From an archaeon (lineage in GTDB: Archaea > Nanobdellota > Nanobdellia > Woesearchaeales > UBA9642): a stretch of DNA of 10,304 nt. The stretch covers positions 1-10,304 of the forward strand of contig JAZDHK010000003.1 of the NCBI GenBank assembly GCA_043806035.1. Direction: 5' to 3'. The notes under the pieces were generated by a model, which saw only the letters and a list, made by a program, of their open reading frames with translations, had not been told where the DNA came from and did not search any database. The translations under genes were made by a program, and so were the position numbers. Within the stretch, counting starts at the first letter, position 1. The number at the start of each line of letters is the position of its first letter. Shown here one piece after another: positions 6,533 to 10,304 of the stretch.

Positions 6533-7339
6533 TCACCTGTTCACGAATACCTCTGTGAACGTTTTTTCCTGTGCTGCAAGATTGTCCTGCAGCAGAGCAT
6601 TGAATGCACGTACCATTTCTGTTTGTTTCGTGCTCTTTCCTGATTCTACTTCAATATTAACGTACGGTATGCCTCGTTGTGCGGCAACGTACGAGAGTGA
6701 TCCGTCATCAGGGCATGCTTCATTCTTCTGGAGAATGACGTTGATGCCTTGGCGCTTGAATCCTTCAAAGAATGTTCTGTCGGTGACGTAGGCGAAGTCG
6801 TCAGGATCCTGTTTTTCATTGACGTAGACGTCTTCGGCGAACTGGCTGAAGTAGGGATCGTTGAGGTAGCTGTTGATGCCATACCCTCCCTGGCTGTCCT
6901 GATGCAGTGCAAGAATGGGTCTGCCGTCGAAGATTTTTCCTTCAAGGTCAGCAGAGACAGTCTTTGCTGAGGCGATGATTTCCTGCACGGTTTTTTTATC
7001 CATCTTGCCGTGCTTCTCTTGGATGTCTTTGCGGATGCCTTCTTCGGTGAATGCATTGTTGGGGTCGAGCGTGTACGTTCCTTTTGTCGTGTGGATAGTG
7101 TAGTCTCGTTTGCCGTTGCCTTTAAGATAGTAGACGGTTCCTTGCCCTGTCGCTCGTGCCGCTTGTAAGGCATTGAGCTCTGACTCATGAGGGATGACGG
7201 TAACGTATGCTGCGTTGTCCGAAAGCTGTTCAGCAACGACATGCTTTCCCGTCTGCACTTGTTGGGTGCTGTCCACAGGAAGTGCATCTGCCACATAGGC
7301 GGTTGCGACTATCAGCGTCGCTGCAAGGAGTGCTTTCAT
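6533..7339 (-). CDS. Secreted M14/AstE-AspA-like zinc hydrolase (putative)
   Basis: Start revised to ATG 7339 (GGTGA RBS, 5 nt after the upstream stop, signal peptide MKALLAATLIVATAYVADA), giving 268 aa. Motifs in M14 order: HESE (HxxE), DPNNAF (cf. DxNRxF), ILALH (third Zn ligand), DDGSLS, and YVNIE (catalytic Glu). Confidence 0.62.
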   Translation of the reverse strand: MKALLAATLIVATAYVADALPVDSTQQVQTGKHVVAEQLSDNAAYVTVIPHESELNALQAARATGQGTVYYLKGNGKRDYTIHTTKGTYTLDPNNAFTEEGIRKDIQEKHGKMDKKTVQEIIASAKTVSADLEGKIFDGRPILALHQDSQGGYGINSYLNDPYFSQFAEDVYVNEKQDPDDFAYVTDRTFFEGFKRQGINVILQKNEACPDDGSLSYVAAQRGIPYVNIEVESGKSTKQTEMVRAFNALLQDNLAAQEKTFTEVFVNR

Positions 7340-7344
7340 CGCAC

Positions 7345-8010
7345 TCACCCGCCATGCTCGTATTTTTGCCGTTCTTGTTCGAGCAGTTTTTGATAGTCTT
7401 GGTTTTGCCAATTCCGCAGGGTATCAATGATTTGCTGGCATGCTTCCTTAACCGCAATTTCAAAGCGCATGCGGTTCTGACAGGGATCTTGCGGCTGTCC
7501 TGCTTCAAGATAGGCGTCGATGCTGCCATAGCTGAAATCAACAGCTTGCACCTTGTCAAGGACTGTGTCGGGAATGTCCTGATCGTACCATATCCCCCAA
7601 CCTTCTCCTTGTGGGAATCCTAAGTCGTAGTATTCTTCACGTTCCTCACCAGAGATAGTTACTTTGAGAGCGTCTCCTCTGAAGGAAGGCATGCCTGGCT
7701 TGTTTGGCCCGAGGGGGTTGCTCTGCAATGTTTTGTACTCCTGCAAGGGTTCTTCTGCAAGGAGAGCTATACCTGATTTGGGTATTTGGGCAGAGGGAAT
7801 GTTCTTGAACGTGACTTTTTGTCCTTCTGGCCATTCAAGGGTGAGTGGTTTTGCTCGCGGGTCTCGTAAGTAATCCATGACGGTCCGTGCCATGTAGACT
7901 GTTTGTTCGTTGTCCGGCCAGCACGGATAATAGCCGGTGAATGTGCCGTCGCCGTCTGCAAGAGCGGTGCCTGCAATCAGTAGTGTTCCCGTAATCAGTT
8001 CTTTCATCAT
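7345..8010 (-). CDS. Hypothetical secreted protein
   Basis: ATG at 8010 lies 5 nt after an AGGTGA RBS; the track's GTG at 8019 is within that RBS. Signal peptide MMKELITGTLLIAGTALA-DG, 221 aa, no recognisable motif. Confidence 0.75.
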   Translation of the reverse strand: MMKELITGTLLIAGTALADGDGTFTGYYPCWPDNEQTVYMARTVMDYLRDPRAKPLTLEWPEGQKVTFKNIPSAQIPKSGIALLAEEPLQEYKTLQSNPLGPNKPGMPSFRGDALKVTISGEEREEYYDLGFPQGEGWGIWYDQDIPDTVLDKVQAVDFSYGSIDAYLEAGQPQDPCQNRMRFEIAVKEACQQIIDTLRNWQNQDYQKLLEQERQKYEHGG

Positions 8011-8050
8011 AACAATCACCTTTTACTACTTGATAGTGATGCTACATGAA

Positions 8051-8093
8051 GATATATAGTTTTTCCATAAATAATATAAATAACATATATTTA
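8051..8093. promoter_or_regulatory. AT-rich divergent promoter region with back-to-back TATA boxes
   Basis: Minus strand GAAAAACTATATATC (8051-8065, BRE plus TATA-like) serves the three-gene operon. Plus strand TATAAATA (8075-8082) lies about 20-27 nt before GTG 8102. ATAAATAA is repeated at 8067-8074 and 8076-8083. Confidence 0.55.
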
Positions 8094-8101
8094 ATGAGTT
8101 T

Positions 8102-9034
8102 GTGCAACGCAAGATCATCCAACAAAGCGCCACAAGCAAAGGCATCAGCCTACCAAGCACCTGGGTTGAACAATGGCAGCTCAAGAAAGGCGATGCCGTA
8201 AACGTCACTATAGCAGAAGGTGTATTAGAAGTACGACCACAAGGCTTCACCCCTCCCGAAAAGAAAGCAACCATCGACGCAATACTCTACGGCAAAATGA
8301 CGCGGCGCGTTTTCGACACCCTATCCAAACGAGGATATGACGAAATAACCGTCTTCTTCCAGCAGGAGAAGGATCTCGAACCCATCAAGGAGACGCTCAA
8401 GGCAGAAGCGACCATGTTCGAGATCGTGAAAAAAGAAAAAGACTACGTCGTACTCAAATCCATCGTCAGCATCAACAAGGACGAGCTCAAGCAGATCATG
8501 AACCGACTCTTCTTCCTGCTCAGGGAGAAAGCGCACAAGCTGGAAGAATATCTTGCAAAAGAAGAACCCACCCTGCTCAAAGACCTGCTCGAGTTGGAGC
8601 AAGCGAACAACAAGCTCGCGCACCTCTGCCTGAGAGCAATGCACCAGCAGGCATTCGAAGAGAGCTCGTACAGAAAAAGCATCCTCGTCTGGGCAATAGA
8701 GAAAATGGGCAATGATTTCAAATTCTTTGCGCACGCACAACCAAAACGCATAAAACCCGCAACAAAGGACCTCTACGCACACGTCCTGAAAAACATAAAC
8801 GCACTCATCGACCTCTTTTTTTCGTATGATGAGAAGAAAGCAGTGCATCTCTACGAGACGAGGAAATACGTCGCAGCAACCTGCACGGCTTTACTGAAAA
8901 GAAAGGATAACGTGGACGACCACTTCATACTGCATCTTGCACTGTCGCTGAGCGAGAAGTGTCTGCAGATGCTCGGCTTGCTTTTTGCATTTCCGGAGGA
9001 AGGACGTTCCAGCAGTACAACGCATGATCGATAG
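8102..9034 (+). CDS. Archaeal PhoU-family regulator with N-terminal AbrB/MazE DNA-binding domain
   Basis: The N-terminus MQRKIIQQSATSKGISLPSTWVEQWQLKKGDAVNV matches the archaeal AbrB-PhoU pattern (RK.Q..G..S..ISLP..W.....LKKGD). It is followed by 'GYDEI.V' and helical PhoU-like bundles (IEKMGN cf. LERIGD); 310 aa. Confidence 0.82.
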   Translation: MQRKIIQQSATSKGISLPSTWVEQWQLKKGDAVNVTIAEGVLEVRPQGFTPPEKKATIDAILYGKMTRRVFDTLSKRGYDEITVFFQQEKDLEPIKETLKAEATMFEIVKKEKDYVVLKSIVSINKDELKQIMNRLFFLLREKAHKLEEYLAKEEPTLLKDLLELEQANNKLAHLCLRAMHQQAFEESSYRKSILVWAIEKMGNDFKFFAHAQPKRIKPATKDLYAHVLKNINALIDLFFSYDEKKAVHLYETRKYVAATCTALLKRKDNVDDHFILHLALSLSEKCLQMLGLLFAFPEEGRSSSTTHDR

Positions 9035-10286
9035 CGAGATCGTTCTCGTTCGTCCACGACGCCTTCTCTCTAAAAGCAGCACGGACTTTCTTCCAAAGAC
9101 TGCTTGCATTCGGCAATGCAAGTTCGTCAAGGCTCATCTTCGCCCAGCCGAGATACAGTCCAGCGTCTGCCATCTGCCGTGCGTACTCGAAGTATTGTGG
9201 TCCTCCATGACTGCTGTCATGGATGGTTTTTGCTTCATGCATGCAGTGGTTGGCGTTGAGCAATGCCCGGTAGAAGCAGGCTGCATCGTAGCGCCTTACA
9301 AAATTATTGTCGAACGTCTCTTGCGCAACGTTATGCTGATTCCAGATGGTAACGCCGTGCTCGAGCAGCTGCTCTCTTTCTTTTCGGGAGAGAAGCGGTG
9401 ACATGTCGAGGACGAGCGTCAGCTCCGTTGGTAGTGCAGCATAGTCTATCTTGCCGAAATCGAAGTTCTTCTCTTTTCTGTTCTTCGGGCTTCGGTCGCT
9501 AATCCAGGCGTGGACGCCTTCGTTGAGCAGTTCTTGGACAGGCGTAAACTCGGGAAGCGACGTTCCGAGTACGTCCTCGATGCGTACTCTGTTGTAGTTC
9601 TGTTCTGCATCGGCAATCCCTTGAAGAGACGCATATTTGTCGTCCATGAGCGTTTTCTTGTCTTCTGCAGAGAGCATGTTCTCTGTTGTAAGCCTCGCTG
9701 CAATATGCATGCTTTCCTCGACGAGCGTCTTGTATTCCTGATACAGTTCTTGCTGCCTCTGCTGCAGTTGTTCTTCAGAGAGAGATGGATCGTAGACGAC
9801 GCTTCTGTCGTAGAGGCTCGGCTCAACGAGGCGCTCGACTTCCACAAAGGTATGTTCGGGAGATACAGGCAAGGATAATTCTTCTCGTGGAAGATTTCTA
9901 GGATGCACGGCCATGAGTCGTGCACGAGCAACTTTTGCCAAAGGATCTGTAGATAGTGCATGCATGACCTTGTATTCGATCGCGTTGAGCAGCGGATTTT
10001 TGTTGATTTTTTCGCAGCCGTTCTGCGTGATAGGCTGCATCTGGATCCAGCCATTGTTCCTCTCGCCGATGCGATAACCGCCAGTGCGTACGGCAGCTCC
10101 TGACCTGCCCTGCTGGACTACAGGAATGACGTCGTCTTCGCCTTTCGCATATGCATTCCCGAATAATCTAGTCCATGCAGCCATGCTGTCGTAGACGTGG
10201 TTCGTGCCTAGGCAGGAGACGAGGTCTCTCGTTCCTTTGTCAAGACCTTCCATGGTTCGTGCTACGCAGAAATCCTCGAACGGCAT
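8925..10286 (-). CDS. Divergent protein-kinase-like (APH/choline kinase-type) phosphotransferase, putative; the start may lie beyond the window
   Basis: 453-aa ORF, with the frame open to position 10304. Ordered motifs: QGRSGAAV (Gly loop), EK, IEYKVMHAL (alphaC Glu), EVERL (hinge), SDRSPKN (D-x4-N catalytic loop), and FDFGK…PTELTLVL (DFG plus the following APH-type helix). Confidence 0.6.
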   Translation of the reverse strand: MPFEDFCVARTMEGLDKGTRDLVSCLGTNHVYDSMAAWTRLFGNAYAKGEDDVIPVVQQGRSGAAVRTGGYRIGERNNGWIQMQPITQNGCEKINKNPLLNAIEYKVMHALSTDPLAKVARARLMAVHPRNLPREELSLPVSPEHTFVEVERLVEPSLYDRSVVYDPSLSEEQLQQRQQELYQEYKTLVEESMHIAARLTTENMLSAEDKKTLMDDKYASLQGIADAEQNYNRVRIEDVLGTSLPEFTPVQELLNEGVHAWISDRSPKNRKEKNFDFGKIDYAALPTELTLVLDMSPLLSRKEREQLLEHGVTIWNQHNVAQETFDNNFVRRYDAACFYRALLNANHCMHEAKTIHDSSHGGPQYFEYARQMADAGLYLGWAKMSLDELALPNASSLWKKVRAAFREKASWTNENDLAIDHALYCWNVLPPEMQKASRASADTSRSATVQDAV

Positions 10287-10304
10287 GGTCGTGTAGCCTT
10301 TCTG

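Noticed and set aside
7551-7561. Palindrome CCTTGTCAAGG containing the same TTGTCAAGG as the putative operator
   Set aside because: Single copy in the middle of a coding sequence (encodes part of VLDKV); no positional support for a regulatory role.
6646-7623. Overlapping ORFs 6646-7296 (-), 7207-7623 (+), 7230-7559 (-) and the TTG start at 7411
   Set aside because: Ser/Thr/Arg-rich shadow translations without RBS or motifs; the chosen frames have RBSs, signal peptides and tight operon spacing.
1-10304. CRISPR array, IS element, integrase or rRNA
   Set aside because: I saw no regularly spaced repeats, terminal inverted repeats with a transposase, tyrosine/serine recombinase motifs or rRNA-like sequence.

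Overview
This looks like an archaeal chromosomal segment. The tRNA lacks an encoded CCA, there are TATA-box promoters and GGTGA ribosome-binding sites, and it carries an AbrB-PhoU regulator. A DPANN/Woesearchaeota-like origin is my inference only. The left third (1-3282) lies just downstream of the 3' end of a tRNA-Ser(GCT) gene. It holds a tightly coupled minus-strand operon resembling a type IV secretion/conjugation module: a small CxxC..CxxC protein, a VirB2/TrbC-type pilin, a 682-aa surface glycoprotein fused to a VirB6-like polytopic membrane protein, and a PrgI/VirB3-like protein that runs off the window and is absent from the ORF track. A divergently transcribed MobC/CopG-like ribbon-helix-helix gene lies across tandem operator-like repeats. 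The rest of the window has a CPA1 (NhaP-type) Na+/H+ antiporter and an operon of three exported or membrane-anchored proteins, one with M14/AstE-like zinc-hydrolase motifs. It ends with a divergent, degenerate AbrB-PhoU regulator and a convergent, overlapping APH/kinase-like protein. All family calls come from motif recognition by eye; no searches were run.
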